Assembly: GCA_902610995.1 (NCBI GenBank)
Contig: CACLXU010000001.1
Location: forward strand, 47,207-111,206
Origin: an uncultured SAR86 cluster bacterium
GTDB taxonomy: Bacteria > Pseudomonadota > Gammaproteobacteria > Magnimaribacterales > TMED112
Direction of reading: 5' to 3'
DNA length: 64,000 bases
In this document: piece after piece, positions 10,573 to 20,357 of the stretch
Layout: the number at the start of each line of letters is the position of its first letter
Position numbering within the stretch: the first letter of the stretch is position 1
Position numbers and translations under genes: made by a program
Notes under the pieces: generated by a model
The model's input: only the letters and a program-made list of their open reading frames with translations
Told to the model about the DNA's origin: nothing
Databases searched by the model: none

Positions 10573-11321
10573 TATGTATCAGTAAATCTTTTTAGGTCTT
10601 CAAGAATATCTATATTCTGTTCATTAGCAAGTTTAATCGAGCTTTCATTAACATTGCTCCATGCTGCTAAAAAACAATTAAAACCAGCATTTTTTGGACC
10701 CAGAAGATGAGCAATATTATCATCAATAAAGACTATCTCCTCTTTCAAAATTTTCTTTGATTCAATTATTCTGTTTAGAGCTTCAAGTTTTGTCTTTATC
10801 TCGAATTGATCAACTACAAGATCAGGATCAATTTCAAGATCATAGTGTTTGAGAATTTTCATTACACTATCTTTGTCTTTAAGAGTTGCAATCATTAGTC
10901 TTTCACGATCCAAATTCTCCCTTAGAAAGTCAATTACCCACTCGTAAACTGTATGAAGATCCAACCAATTTGAAAAATTAAATTCTTGCAGTTCATTTCT
11001 TGCTTTATAAAAATGAGGCTTATATGTCTCTGATTCAACAAGAAATGTTTTGTGAACCTCATCAAAAACATTTTGTGTAATTGTTTCAAGATTCATCTTT
11101 GATCTCAATATCTGATATAGGGTATAGTACTGAGAGCCCCCTTTTACAAAAGGTCTTAAGGCGCTGAAGCTGTGTATTAGTTCTTCCGAAAAATCCGATA
11201 AATAATATTTGAAATTTGAATTTCCATCTAATTTTTGCATCGCATTTGATGAGCAAACTAAACACTCATTGGTGCTATCACATACAACTCCATCAAAATC
11301 AAAAACGTAGTAATTATTCAT
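10572..11321 (-). CDS. HAD-superfamily hydrolase/phosphatase
   Basis: Motif I FDFDGVV; motif IV FIDD. Confidence 0.82.
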   Translation of the reverse strand: MNNYYVFDFDGVVCDSTNECLVCSSNAMQKLDGNSNFKYYLSDFSEELIHSFSALRPFVKGGSQYYTLYQILRSKMNLETITQNVFDEVHKTFLVESETYKPHFYKARNELQEFNFSNWLDLHTVYEWVIDFLRENLDRERLMIATLKDKDSVMKILKHYDLEIDPDLVVDQFEIKTKLEALNRIIESKKILKEEIVFIDDNIAHLLGPKNAGFNCFLAAWSNVNESSIKLANEQNIDILEDLKRFTDT

Positions 11322-12091
11322 TTGGTAAAACGATTACTAAGTATTGGTAACCCTTCTATTTCTATTCTATATTCGTCTCCATGCTCAAGAAACTGTCTAT
11401 CCCTAACCCTTTTTGGTGCTCCTGTAAGAATTAAATCCCCAGGGTTAAGCGTCATCCATTTAGATAATTCAAATATTATCTTCGATGGGCTCCAGATGAA
11501 TTCAGATGTGTTCCCATCTCTTAGAAGCTGATCATTATGGTAGGCTCTAATGAACTTATTTTTATGGTCATAAGTGGTATCAATGTATTCACCTACAGGA
11601 CAAAAATTATCTGCACTCTTTGATCTTGCTAAATGGTGATCCCTATTAGAGATATTGTCACATGAAACATCATTACATGGCAGGAAGCCAAGAATTGAAT
11701 CAGATACATTTGGTTCCTCTTTTTTTTGACTCTTGATGGTCTTCTTTATAACAAATCCTAATTCTGATTCTCCCCAACATTTAATGTTAAAAGGCAAATG
11801 AATAGAACTGCCATTAGTAGTTATTGTATTAGAGCCCTTAAGAAAGATCACAGGTTCTAGCATTTCATTGCTAACCCCAGTTGCACCTGAAAAATTTGTG
11901 GCTATGCAGATGATATTTCTTGGCGATACCGGGGGCAAAATTCTAACTTCTTTTAAATCACGAGGCTTATCAATTAATTCAATTTTATCAGCATATGGTG
12001 AACTGGTGATTTGATGGAATTTTTCACCCTCAAGTTTTCCATAGCAAATTTTTTCAGGGTTATTTTTTTCTTCAAATCTTATGAGTTTCAT
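11318..12091 (-). CDS. Fumarylacetoacetate hydrolase (FAH) family protein
   Basis: PVIFLK, GESELGFVI, CNDVS, RSKS..NFCPVG, TLNPGDLILTG. Confidence 0.88.
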   Translation of the reverse strand: MKLIRFEEKNNPEKICYGKLEGEKFHQITSSPYADKIELIDKPRDLKEVRILPPVSPRNIICIATNFSGATGVSNEMLEPVIFLKGSNTITTNGSSIHLPFNIKCWGESELGFVIKKTIKSQKKEEPNVSDSILGFLPCNDVSCDNISNRDHHLARSKSADNFCPVGEYIDTTYDHKNKFIRAYHNDQLLRDGNTSEFIWSPSKIIFELSKWMTLNPGDLILTGAPKRVRDRQFLEHGDEYRIEIEGLPILSNRFTK

Positions 12092-12114
12092 TATATTTTA
12101 AAAAATAAATTAAA

Positions 12115-12984
12115 TTATTCTTTATCAGAAATTCCTTGGATAACTTGAAGCAAACCGTCTCCAAGGTCAGTAAAGTTTTTCAAAACTATTCTCTTCGCAC
12201 TATTTATCTTGTAAGAATATGGGGTAATTCCATAGTGCAATTGGTTATTGTCTTTTTCTTTGTATGAAATTTTAATATCACCCCCTAAAATTTCATTTAT
12301 CATCACTAACAGGTCTTTAACTTTTATTTGCTGATTTCCAGAAATAAATACGTGTTTATTTTTGTAATCCTCAGAGAGTGTTTCATAGGTCATTTCTGCA
12401 GCATCATTTATAAAAACGTACTCTCTTATTTCTTCGCCATCACCACTTCGTTCAATTGATTTGGTTGATAGCGCTGATTCAATAATGCTAGATATTGAAT
12501 TGAATTCATTTGCATTTGGACCATAAAGTGATCCGTATCTTAAAATAGTGAAGTCAAGCCCATACCTTCTTGAGTATTCTTCAATAATTTTTTCACAGCA
12601 TTGTTTTGACACTCCATAAAAGCTTCCATGCTTGCTGTTTACATAAACTGAACTAGAGAAGAAAAAACGTTTTAAGTTTAAATCTTTAACTTTCTTCAGC
12701 AGGTTGATTGTTCCTTGAATATTGTTTTCAAGCGTTTCCTCTGGATTTTCTTCAGAGTAGTCAATATCAGCTTGTGCGGCAAAGTGAAGAACAATTTCAA
12801 CATTCTTTAAAGCCTGCTCTAGGCTCTTTTCATCAAAAAGATCACCTTTTACAAATGATTGATTATCAAGAAGGTTTTGTGGCTTACACTTATCAAAAAT
12901 TATTATTTCGTGGCCATTCTTGGAAAAAAAATCAGAAATGCTTTTCCCCAAAAAACCACTACCACCTGTTACTAATATTCTCAT
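12115..12984 (-). CDS. NAD-dependent epimerase/dehydratase (extended SDR)
   Basis: TGGSGFLG, HFAA, FSSSVYV, YGVSK, LRYGSLYGP. Confidence 0.9.
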   Translation of the reverse strand: MRILVTGGSGFLGKSISDFFSKNGHEIIIFDKCKPQNLLDNQSFVKGDLFDEKSLEQALKNVEIVLHFAAQADIDYSEENPEETLENNIQGTINLLKKVKDLNLKRFFFSSSVYVNSKHGSFYGVSKQCCEKIIEEYSRRYGLDFTILRYGSLYGPNANEFNSISSIIESALSTKSIERSGDGEEIREYVFINDAAEMTYETLSEDYKNKHVFISGNQQIKVKDLLVMINEILGGDIKISYKEKDNNQLHYGITPYSYKINSAKRIVLKNFTDLGDGLLQVIQGISDKE

Positions 12985-13898
12985 AAAGATTTCCTTAAGT
13001 TTTCTAATGCTTCAGTTTCTAAATCTTTTCTCACATTAGATGTATACCCCCCAATGTGTGGAGTAAGTATAACATTCTCTAAGCTGGTGAATTCACCTTT
13101 GTAAGGCTCACTTTTAAATACATCCAAACATGCTCCAGCAATTGCATTATTTTTGAGCGCTTCAAGAAGGGCAAGCTCATCAACATTATTCCCTCTAGAC
13201 GTATTAATTAATAAGGTTTTTGTATTCATTAAAGAAATCTGATCGCTTGAAATTAAGTGTTTATCGGAGTTTTTGCTATTAGCATGAATAGAAATAATTT
13301 CCGCATTTGAACACAAATAATCCATATCGCAGTATTCGATAGAATACTTCTTTGCAAAATCTTCATCTTTACACAAATCACATGCTAAGAGTTCGAAGTT
13401 AAATCCCGAAGTGATCTCTACAAGTCTTTTACCAATTTTTCCCAAACCTATAATCCCTAGTGTTTTTCCATTTATGGTTTCCCCCATTTTCCTTTTCCAT
13501 AGATTTTCTTTGAAATCTTTGTGATGACTAGGTATGTTCCTATAGAAGGACAGTATCTGTGTGATTACAAGTTCTGCAACTGAATATGATAGGTCAGTTT
13601 TGGTAGAAAGTACGGCAATATTTGCCTCTTGGCAAAAATCTAAATCAATATTATCTATGCCAATACCAACCCTTGAAATTACCTTCAAATTTTTTGCATG
13701 ACCTAAGATGTCTTTGGAATATTGTTCCGTACCCGCAATGATTCCCTCTACATCAACTATTAATTTTGATAACTCTTCACTAGTTAACTTTCTTCCAGTT
13801 TGATTAAATACGCACTCATACGAATCTTGTAACTTGTCCAAAATTGTAGGATCTAGTTCTCCAAATGATGCTGTAGCAATAAGAATTTTTTGTTTCAT
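12981..13898 (-). CDS. D-isomer-specific 2-hydroxyacid dehydrogenase (SerA-like, no ACT domain)
   Basis: SRVGIGIDNID, GIIGLGKIG, INTSRG, LDVF.SEP, LTPHIGG. Confidence 0.9.
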   Translation of the reverse strand: MKQKILIATASFGELDPTILDKLQDSYECVFNQTGRKLTSEELSKLIVDVEGIIAGTEQYSKDILGHAKNLKVISRVGIGIDNIDLDFCQEANIAVLSTKTDLSYSVAELVITQILSFYRNIPSHHKDFKENLWKRKMGETINGKTLGIIGLGKIGKRLVEITSGFNFELLACDLCKDEDFAKKYSIEYCDMDYLCSNAEIISIHANSKNSDKHLISSDQISLMNTKTLLINTSRGNNVDELALLEALKNNAIAGACLDVFKSEPYKGEFTSLENVILTPHIGGYTSNVRKDLETEALENLRKSL

Positions 13899-14929
13899 AA
13901 TTTGAAATCTAAATAACGTGAGACATAATTTTCAACTAACCTTTCAACGCGTTTCATCATATTTGATTTTAGATATCCACGCATCTCATTGAGTTCATCT
14001 TTTATTTGATCTTTTGCAGAAATATGTTTTTCTGGTTGCCTCCATCCATATGCCTGAAAAATGCTACTTTTTGGGGCATCATCTAAGGATTTTCTTGGCA
14101 CTTTTTGTCTTCTCATTTCTCTTAATACATTGTCAGACAGCTCTACATCTAATCTGGATGAAACCTTTTGGATGTACTTTTTAGGATTAAAAACAAGCAT
14201 TTCAAAAGGGACTTCAATTATCTGATATTTTTTGTTTTCAACTGCTTTATTACCCTCCTCTATCCACTCTTCTAACATAATAATTGCTCTTTCATATTCA
14301 TTTGCATTGGCGTATTCATCAATTCTTTCCAGAATAAAATGAGGAACCATTTCACCGTTTATATCATTACACATCATTCCATTTCTTGATTCATTACCCC
14401 ATCTTTTACTCCATCGAGCTAAGTGATTAAGCATATACATGCTTGAAGGGCATCTCATAAGTCTGCAAAAAATTAATCTGTTTCCAAGAGCCTTATGAAT
14501 TGGCTCAATGTGAGAGGTAATTCCATGACTCATGAAATGTAGAACCCTCTTCTCATTTATAAACTTTTCAAAAAGCTCCAGATCATTTGAGTTTAAAACC
14601 CGCTTTAGATATTCACTTTTTTTTGGGAATTTAAAGACACTTGAATGATCAAAATGCCTAAAATTTTGATCTCTCAATAAAGCCTGGCAATAAATTTCGT
14701 TATCAAAGCAACAATTTAAAAGACTAACAGCAGTATTTAAATCGATATTTTTATGTGCATACAGACCAGATACTTGCTCAACTAATGGCCTATGTACCCA
14801 CATTTCTACTTTATCTAAGCTTGATACAAGTTGGCAAAATAACGTCTTTCCACCTCCAACAAAACCATCAACAAAGATAATTTTATTTTCTAAATAAGAT
14901 TTTCGAGTTAATTGTCCCTGTGGTGACAT
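13895..14929 (-). CDS. Sulfotransferase-like P-loop protein
   Basis: IIFVDGFVGGGKTL resembles a 5'-PSB loop; RLMRCP and VPFEMLVFNP resemble sulfotransferase motifs; likely start is the ATG at 14929. Confidence 0.5.
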   Translation of the reverse strand: MSPQGQLTRKSYLENKIIFVDGFVGGGKTLFCQLVSSLDKVEMWVHRPLVEQVSGLYAHKNIDLNTAVSLLNCCFDNEIYCQALLRDQNFRHFDHSSVFKFPKKSEYLKRVLNSNDLELFEKFINEKRVLHFMSHGITSHIEPIHKALGNRLIFCRLMRCPSSMYMLNHLARWSKRWGNESRNGMMCNDINGEMVPHFILERIDEYANANEYERAIIMLEEWIEEGNKAVENKKYQIIEVPFEMLVFNPKKYIQKVSSRLDVELSDNVLREMRRQKVPRKSLDDAPKSSIFQAYGWRQPEKHISAKDQIKDELNEMRGYLKSNMMKRVERLVENYVSRYLDFKL

Positions 14930-14930
14930 A

Positions 14931-15740
14931 TTATTTTTCAATTTTAAAAGATACAAATCTGTCTTTTGTTTTCTTTGCCATTCCTTTTTGTATCATCTGT
15001 TTCCAGTCACTTTGAAAATAATCGAAATAAATATCATCAGTCATAAGTTTTTCAAAATCGTTTTCAATGCGCTCAACTTTCTTAAATTTCTCTGAAAGAA
15101 ATTGTTGTATTTCCTCGTGGTATGGTTTGCAAACATTGCTTATTGGCTGTTCAATCGACGGAAGCTTAAGTTTTGTCCTAAGCATATTTATATAAGAAAA
15201 ATTTTCCTCTTTATTAGTATAGTTAGCATCGTCCAAAACAACGTAAAAAATATCAGAAGCAGAATCTGAATAAGCATTGATTTCAGCAATTAAGTGGTCA
15301 AGTGTATGTAAACTATCAAAAAAACCTAAAGTCGGCTTAATTTTCATTTCACTAAGAACTGCTATGCCTAGGTGATTGTTTGTGCTGTCAAACGCAATAA
15401 ACTCCCAATAATCATTGATATTTGCATTTAGCGGTTTACAAATAGCCTCATTAATAACACTCTTTAAAAAGCTTCCTTTTGAGGGATTTGTGTCCCATGA
15501 AACAACTTTACAGTCATTCAAAATTGCGTGAAACACTAAAGCAATAGAGCTTGCACCACAGCCAGTTTCAATTAGTGCAGTTTTCTTTAAATTATTGACT
15601 TTTAAGATCCTGTAAAGTGCTAAGCACTCACTATCCGGAATTCCATTTATCCACCTCGGAAGCATCCTCTTTGTAAAAAGAACAAACTCCTCATCATTTT
15701 TAATAATTTCATCCCTTGTACCAAAGTGAAAGTCAAACAT
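14931..15740 (-). CDS. Class I SAM-dependent methyltransferase-like protein
   Basis: LIETGCGASS, VSWDTN, FFDSLHT, VVLDDA motifs. Confidence 0.7.
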   Translation of the reverse strand: MFDFHFGTRDEIIKNDEEFVLFTKRMLPRWINGIPDSECLALYRILKVNNLKKTALIETGCGASSIALVFHAILNDCKVVSWDTNPSKGSFLKSVINEAICKPLNANINDYWEFIAFDSTNNHLGIAVLSEMKIKPTLGFFDSLHTLDHLIAEINAYSDSASDIFYVVLDDANYTNKEENFSYINMLRTKLKLPSIEQPISNVCKPYHEEIQQFLSEKFKKVERIENDFEKLMTDDIYFDYFQSDWKQMIQKGMAKKTKDRFVSFKIEK

Positions 15741-15822
15741 TCAAATACCTCATAAATAGCTATCCTAAGATTATGCGTAATTGTAAAACATATAATTATC
15801 ACTTAAAATACTCCATCTTAAA

Positions 15823-16506
15823 ATGATGCCTATGGATATTTCTGAGATTTTAGAAAAAATTGATATTTGGGATGCAGAAAACGTCTTTCATTTAAAATCT
15901 GATCCATCAAGATTGAAAAAGATTATTGCTCACTATGAGCTCTTCAAAAAAATACAAAATGTTGAGGGTGATTTTCTTGAGTTTGGTGTGTTTAAGGGAG
16001 CATCTTTCCTTAGATTTGCCACATTCTCAGAAATATTTGAAAATCAAAATAGACAATTTTTTGGATTTGATTCTTTTGAAAAATTTCCAAGAGACGACAT
16101 AAAGCTTGATTCAGACAATGAGTTTATATCACGTTTTGAAGAAGCATCCGGAGATCCTATAGGTAAAGAGAAATTAGAAGAATTAATTAATAATAAACAG
16201 TTCACTACACCAGAAAACATTAAATTGATTAAAGGAAATGTATTTGAAACTGTTCCCGCTTTTCTTGAAAATAATCAAAATATTAAATTAGCTTGCATTC
16301 ATCTTGATATGGACGTTTATGAACCAACTAAATATTGCTTGGATCTGCTTTTTCCTTTTTTACAGGAAAACGGAATTATTATATGTGACGATTATAATCA
16401 AGTAGATGGGGCTACAAAAGCTTTTGATGAATTCTCAGAGAAACATGGAAAAAATATAAGCAAATTAGAGTTCAGTAAAACCCCATATTTCATTGAGAAT
16501 AACTAG
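15823..16506 (+). CDS. TylF/MycF-family sugar O-methyltransferase
   Basis: GDFLEFGVFKGAS, GFDSFE.FP, HLDMDVYEPT, IICDDY. Confidence 0.88.
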   Translation: MMPMDISEILEKIDIWDAENVFHLKSDPSRLKKIIAHYELFKKIQNVEGDFLEFGVFKGASFLRFATFSEIFENQNRQFFGFDSFEKFPRDDIKLDSDNEFISRFEEASGDPIGKEKLEELINNKQFTTPENIKLIKGNVFETVPAFLENNQNIKLACIHLDMDVYEPTKYCLDLLFPFLQENGIIICDDYNQVDGATKAFDEFSEKHGKNISKLEFSKTPYFIENN

Positions 16507-16519
16507 CCTTGTATTACCT

Positions 16520-16525
16520 TATAAT
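16520..16525 (+). promoter_or_regulatory. -10 hexamer TATAAT 6 nt upstream of the neuD ATG; candidate leaderless promoter
   Basis: TATAAT-TAAATA-ATG; no SD. Confidence 0.5.
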
Positions 16526-16531
16526 TAAATA

Positions 16532-17134
16532 ATGAGTGGAAAAAGTATTCTAATTACTGGTAATGGCGGTCACGCTGTTTCCTGTAGAGAAGTAATTGAA
16601 TCAGTTGAAGATCTAGTTTTTTCTGGCTTTGTCACTAAGGATGGGACTGAAAATGGGCCAGAAGTTATTGGTACAGATCAAGATCTTGAATCTATTTTCC
16701 AAAATACTAAGCTCGCATGTGTAGGTATGGGGCAAATTAAAACAAATGAGCACAGAGTAAAAAGCTTCAATAAATTAAAGCAAATTGGATATACTCTCCC
16801 AATTATTATAGCCTCAACGGCTTACGTTGCAGATTCAGCTAAAATTCATGAAGGGACAATAATTATGCATAGAGCTTTTGTTAATTCTCAAACAATCATT
16901 GGAATTAATTCAATTATTAATACTGGAGCAATTGTTGAGCACGGGGCAAACGTTGGAAATCATTGTCATGTTGCAACAAAAGTTACAATTAATGGAGATG
17001 CTATCATTGGAGATAATTCATTTATTGGCAGTGGTGCAACTGTGTTACAAGGTGTAAATATCGGTGAAAATTGTATCGTAGGTGCAGGAGTTATAGTTAA
17101 GAAAGACTTAGAGAGAGGTTCAATATTAAAATGA
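16532..17134 (+). CDS. neuD: NeuD/PglD-family sugar acetyltransferase (probable N-acetyltransferase of the legionaminic acid route)
   Basis: GNGGHA N-terminal domain followed by hexapeptide repeats (IINTGAIVEHG...IGSGATV). Confidence 0.85.
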   Translation: MSGKSILITGNGGHAVSCREVIESVEDLVFSGFVTKDGTENGPEVIGTDQDLESIFQNTKLACVGMGQIKTNEHRVKSFNKLKQIGYTLPIIIASTAYVADSAKIHEGTIIMHRAFVNSQTIIGINSIINTGAIVEHGANVGNHCHVATKVTINGDAIIGDNSFIGSGATVLQGVNIGENCIVGAGVIVKKDLERGSILK

Positions 17135-18138
17135 GTACTCTAATAATTGCTGAAGTTGGTGTTAATCATAATGGCCACTTAAATGAAGCGTTTAAGCTTA
17201 TCAAAGAGGCAAAATCGTGTGGGGCTGACTTCGTAAAATTTCAAATATTTAAATCTGAAAACCTTGTTGACGAACAAGCAGAAAAAGCACCATACCAACA
17301 AAAGAATATGACAGATACATCAAACTCACAGTTTGAAATGCTTAAAAAACTTGAATTGTCGTTTGAGGATTTCGTTAAAATTAAAGAGGAATGTGAAATA
17401 AATAATATAAGATTTATGGCCTCAGCCTTTGATCTTGAATCTTTAAATTTCCTTCTAAATCTTAATTGCGATTATGTGAAAATTCCCTCAGGAGAGATTG
17501 GCAATGTTCCTTATCTAAGAGAATTTAAAAATTGCACCTCGAAGATTATTTTATCTACAGGGATGTCAACTATTCAGGATATAGAGTTTGCATTGGAAAT
17601 GCTTAATTCAGTTGGGGTTGATATAAAGAATATCTCACTTCTTCATTGTACATCGAATTATCCATGTGATCTTGAAGAGATAAATATGAATTCAATGGTC
17701 ACAATTCGCAAAAGGTTTGGCCTTAATGTGGGTTATTCTGATCATAGCAACGATAATGCTGTTTCAAATACTGCTGTTGCAATGGGTGCTTCAATAATCG
17801 AAAAGCATTTCACATTAGACAATCAATTAGAGGGCCCTGACCACAAAGCAAGCCTAAACGTGGAAGACTTTAAAAAATTTGTGAAGAGTATAAGAAAAGT
17901 TGAAAAAATTCTTGGTTCTAGCGCTAAAAAACCAACTAATTCCGAAATGGAAACAAAGAGATATGTTGAGAAAAAAATATTTGCATCAAAGCAAATTTTA
18001 AAAGGAGAAAAATTTTCAGACTTAAATATGACTACTAAAAGATCAAAATCTGGAATAAATTCTAGAGATTGGGATTTAGTTTGCTCAAAAGAAGCGTCAA
18101 AAGATTTTCAAGTAGGTGATTTAATTGAAATCGAATAA
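17131..18138 (+). CDS. neuB: Nonulosonic acid synthase (NeuB/LegI)
   Basis: IIAEVGVNHNG, ADFVKFQ, KIPSGE, LHCTSNYP, GYSDHS, IEKHFTLD, GPDH. Confidence 0.93.
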   Translation: MSTLIIAEVGVNHNGHLNEAFKLIKEAKSCGADFVKFQIFKSENLVDEQAEKAPYQQKNMTDTSNSQFEMLKKLELSFEDFVKIKEECEINNIRFMASAFDLESLNFLLNLNCDYVKIPSGEIGNVPYLREFKNCTSKIILSTGMSTIQDIEFALEMLNSVGVDIKNISLLHCTSNYPCDLEEINMNSMVTIRKRFGLNVGYSDHSNDNAVSNTAVAMGASIIEKHFTLDNQLEGPDHKASLNVEDFKKFVKSIRKVEKILGSSAKKPTNSEMETKRYVEKKIFASKQILKGEKFSDLNMTTKRSKSGINSRDWDLVCSKEASKDFQVGDLIEIE

Positions 18139-19288
18139 AAGAAAATTAGTTTTAGTGGTTTCTTCAAATAGAGCAGATTATGGTCTTTTAGAGCCTTTGA
18201 TGAAGCAACTTATTTCTGAGAAAGAAATAAATTTTGGATTAATTGTTACAGGATCACATTTGTTAAAAAAGTTTGGGTTTACCTTCAATGATATTGACCC
18301 GAAAATTCAAAGAAAAGCACTTGCAAAAATCAAAGTACTTGAATCTACTTCTAAAACAACAATGATAAAAAATACTGGATATCTAATTGAAAAATTCTCA
18401 TCTATCTTCAAAAGACTAAAGCCAGACTTAGTAATAATACTTGGAGACAGATATGAAATATTTTCGGCAGCTACTTCATGTCATCTTCTTCAAATCCCAT
18501 TGACGCATATTCATGGAGGGGAAGTAACATCAGGCGCATTAGACGATGGTTTTAGACATTCAATCACAAAATTTTCTGATTTACACTTTACTTCATCCGT
18601 TGCACACAGAAAGCGAGTAATTCAACTTGGAGAACAACCAAGAAAAGTCTTCAATGTAGGTCCTATGGTTCTTGATAATTTTTTGAATCTTAAATTTTTG
18701 TCTAAGACTGCATTACGAAAAAAATTAAAAATTTCAAGAGCAAAAAAAGATTTCATCGTTTGCTTTCATCCAGAGACAATAGGAAATAAAAATAATTTAG
18801 AGACACTTAATAACTTAATTATAAAAATTAAAGAATATAAAGACTATAACTTCATTTTTACAGCCTCAAATAACGATCCAGGAGGAGAAAAATTAAATTC
18901 AGCTATAAAGAAAAATGTAAAAATATATGACAATTTTTATTTCTATGATTCTCTTGGAAGTCAATTGTACTATTCGCTGCTTCATTGTTGTGATGGTCTT
19001 ATTGGCAATTCTTCAAGTGGCATTATTGAAAGCCCTTTGTTTCAAAAATTCTCACTCAACATTGGAAGCAGGCAAGAAGGAAGAGAAAAAACAAGATATA
19101 CGATTGATTGCGGAATAAGTGAAGCTCAGATTCAGAGGGGGCTTAAAAATCTATTCAGTAAACCTAATAAAGTAATCAAATCAAAAATAAAATATGAAAG
19201 TCCATCAAAATTAATTTTAAATAAACTTAAAGAAAAGCTTTTTGGAAAGCTCGAAAAAAATAAGTCATTCCACGACCTTAAAACTTAA
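18125..19288 (+). CDS. neuC: Hydrolysing NDP-sugar 2-epimerase (NeuC/LegG)
   Basis: NRADYGL, LGDRYE, HIHGGE, RHSITK, FHPET, IGNSSSGIIE. Confidence 0.93.
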   Translation: MKSNKRKLVLVVSSNRADYGLLEPLMKQLISEKEINFGLIVTGSHLLKKFGFTFNDIDPKIQRKALAKIKVLESTSKTTMIKNTGYLIEKFSSIFKRLKPDLVIILGDRYEIFSAATSCHLLQIPLTHIHGGEVTSGALDDGFRHSITKFSDLHFTSSVAHRKRVIQLGEQPRKVFNVGPMVLDNFLNLKFLSKTALRKKLKISRAKKDFIVCFHPETIGNKNNLETLNNLIIKIKEYKDYNFIFTASNNDPGGEKLNSAIKKNVKIYDNFYFYDSLGSQLYYSLLHCCDGLIGNSSSGIIESPLFQKFSLNIGSRQEGREKTRYTIDCGISEAQIQRGLKNLFSKPNKVIKSKIKYESPSKLILNKLKEKLFGKLEKNKSFHDLKT

Positions 19289-19301
19289 TGTAAAAAAATA
19301 A

Positions 19302-19307
19302 TATACT
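19302..19307 (+). promoter_or_regulatory. -10 hexamer TATACT 6 nt upstream of ATG; candidate leaderless promoter
   Basis: TATACT-TAAACT-ATG; no SD. Confidence 0.5.
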
Positions 19308-19313
19308 TAAACT

Positions 19314-20357
19314 ATGAAATTTGTAGGGAAAACTATAACAACCGATACCACTATCTATGATGCTTTTAAAGTTCGAGCAGAGGCTGGGGTATCTCTAGTT
19401 GTTGTAGATGAAGAATTTAAATTACTGGGAACTCTGAGTGACGGCGATCTTCGTAAGGCGATTCTTACAAAGAATAATTTATCAGACAGCATAAGCAAAA
19501 TTTATAATTCAAGCCCAATTGTTATTGATGAAAATAAATATTCAAAAAACTTTGCAAAAAATCAGCTCATTAAAAATAAGATTGATATGGTTCCAGTTAT
19601 AGATCAAAGTAGAAAGCTAATAAATATTGTTTACCTAACAGACTATCTCTCAGATCCAGTAAAAGAAAAAATTAAAATCCCATTAATAGTTATGGCAGGC
19701 GGTAAAGGAACTCGTCTTGCTCCTTTTACTGATATTCTTCCAAAACCATTAATTCCTGTAAATGGTAAAACAGTCATTGAAAGGATAATCGGAGGATTTA
19801 CTGAATATGGCATTGAAGAAATTTCATTAGTTGTAAACTTCAAATCTGAAATATTGAAAGCGTACTTCTCAGAACTTGAACCATCCTATAAAGTTAATTT
19901 TATCAATGAAAAAGAGCCTCTAGGTACTATTGGTGGTGTAAACTTAGTAGATCTAAACAATCATAAAACTTTCTTTTTAACCAATTGCGATATTTTAATT
20001 AATATTGACTATTCAGATTTATATCATCACCATAAAAACTCAAATAATGATCTAACTTTAGTAGCTTCTACGAAACAATTTACAAACCCCTATGGGGTTT
20101 GCGACTTAGATGAAAGTGGAAATTTAAAAAATATAATCGAAAAACCATCAAGTGAAAGCCTTGTAAATACTGGTTTATATGTTATCAATTCATCAATTCT
20201 AAATCTTATTCCAAACAACAAAGCATTCAATGCGACAGATTTAATTGAAGAATTACTCAAAGGCAAAAAAAGAGTTGGAATTTATCCTATAGATGAAACT
20301 CAATGGTCAGATGTGGGACAATGGGATGAGTTCAGGAAAACAATTGAAAAAATCTAA
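19314..20357 (+). CDS. CBS-domain sugar-phosphate nucleotidyltransferase (PtmE/LgaF type)
   Basis: CBS pair (GTLSDGDLRK) followed by MAGGKGTRLAPFT..LPKPL, EPLGTIG, EKP. Confidence 0.88.
   Translation: MKFVGKTITTDTTIYDAFKVRAEAGVSLVVVDEEFKLLGTLSDGDLRKAILTKNNLSDSISKIYNSSPIVIDENKYSKNFAKNQLIKNKIDMVPVIDQSRKLINIVYLTDYLSDPVKEKIKIPLIVMAGGKGTRLAPFTDILPKPLIPVNGKTVIERIIGGFTEYGIEEISLVVNFKSEILKAYFSELEPSYKVNFINEKEPLGTIGGVNLVDLNNHKTFFLTNCDILINIDYSDLYHHHKNSNNDLTLVASTKQFTNPYGVCDLDESGNLKNIIEKPSSESLVNTGLYVINSSILNLIPNNKAFNATDLIEELLKGKKRVGIYPIDETQWSDVGQWDEFRKTIEKI

Noticed and set aside
16532..19288. Calling neuD-neuB-neuC a sialic acid (Neu5Ac) pathway
   Set aside because: The LegB/LegC-type dehydratase and aminotransferase and the CBS-nucleotidyltransferase point to legionaminic-type sugars.
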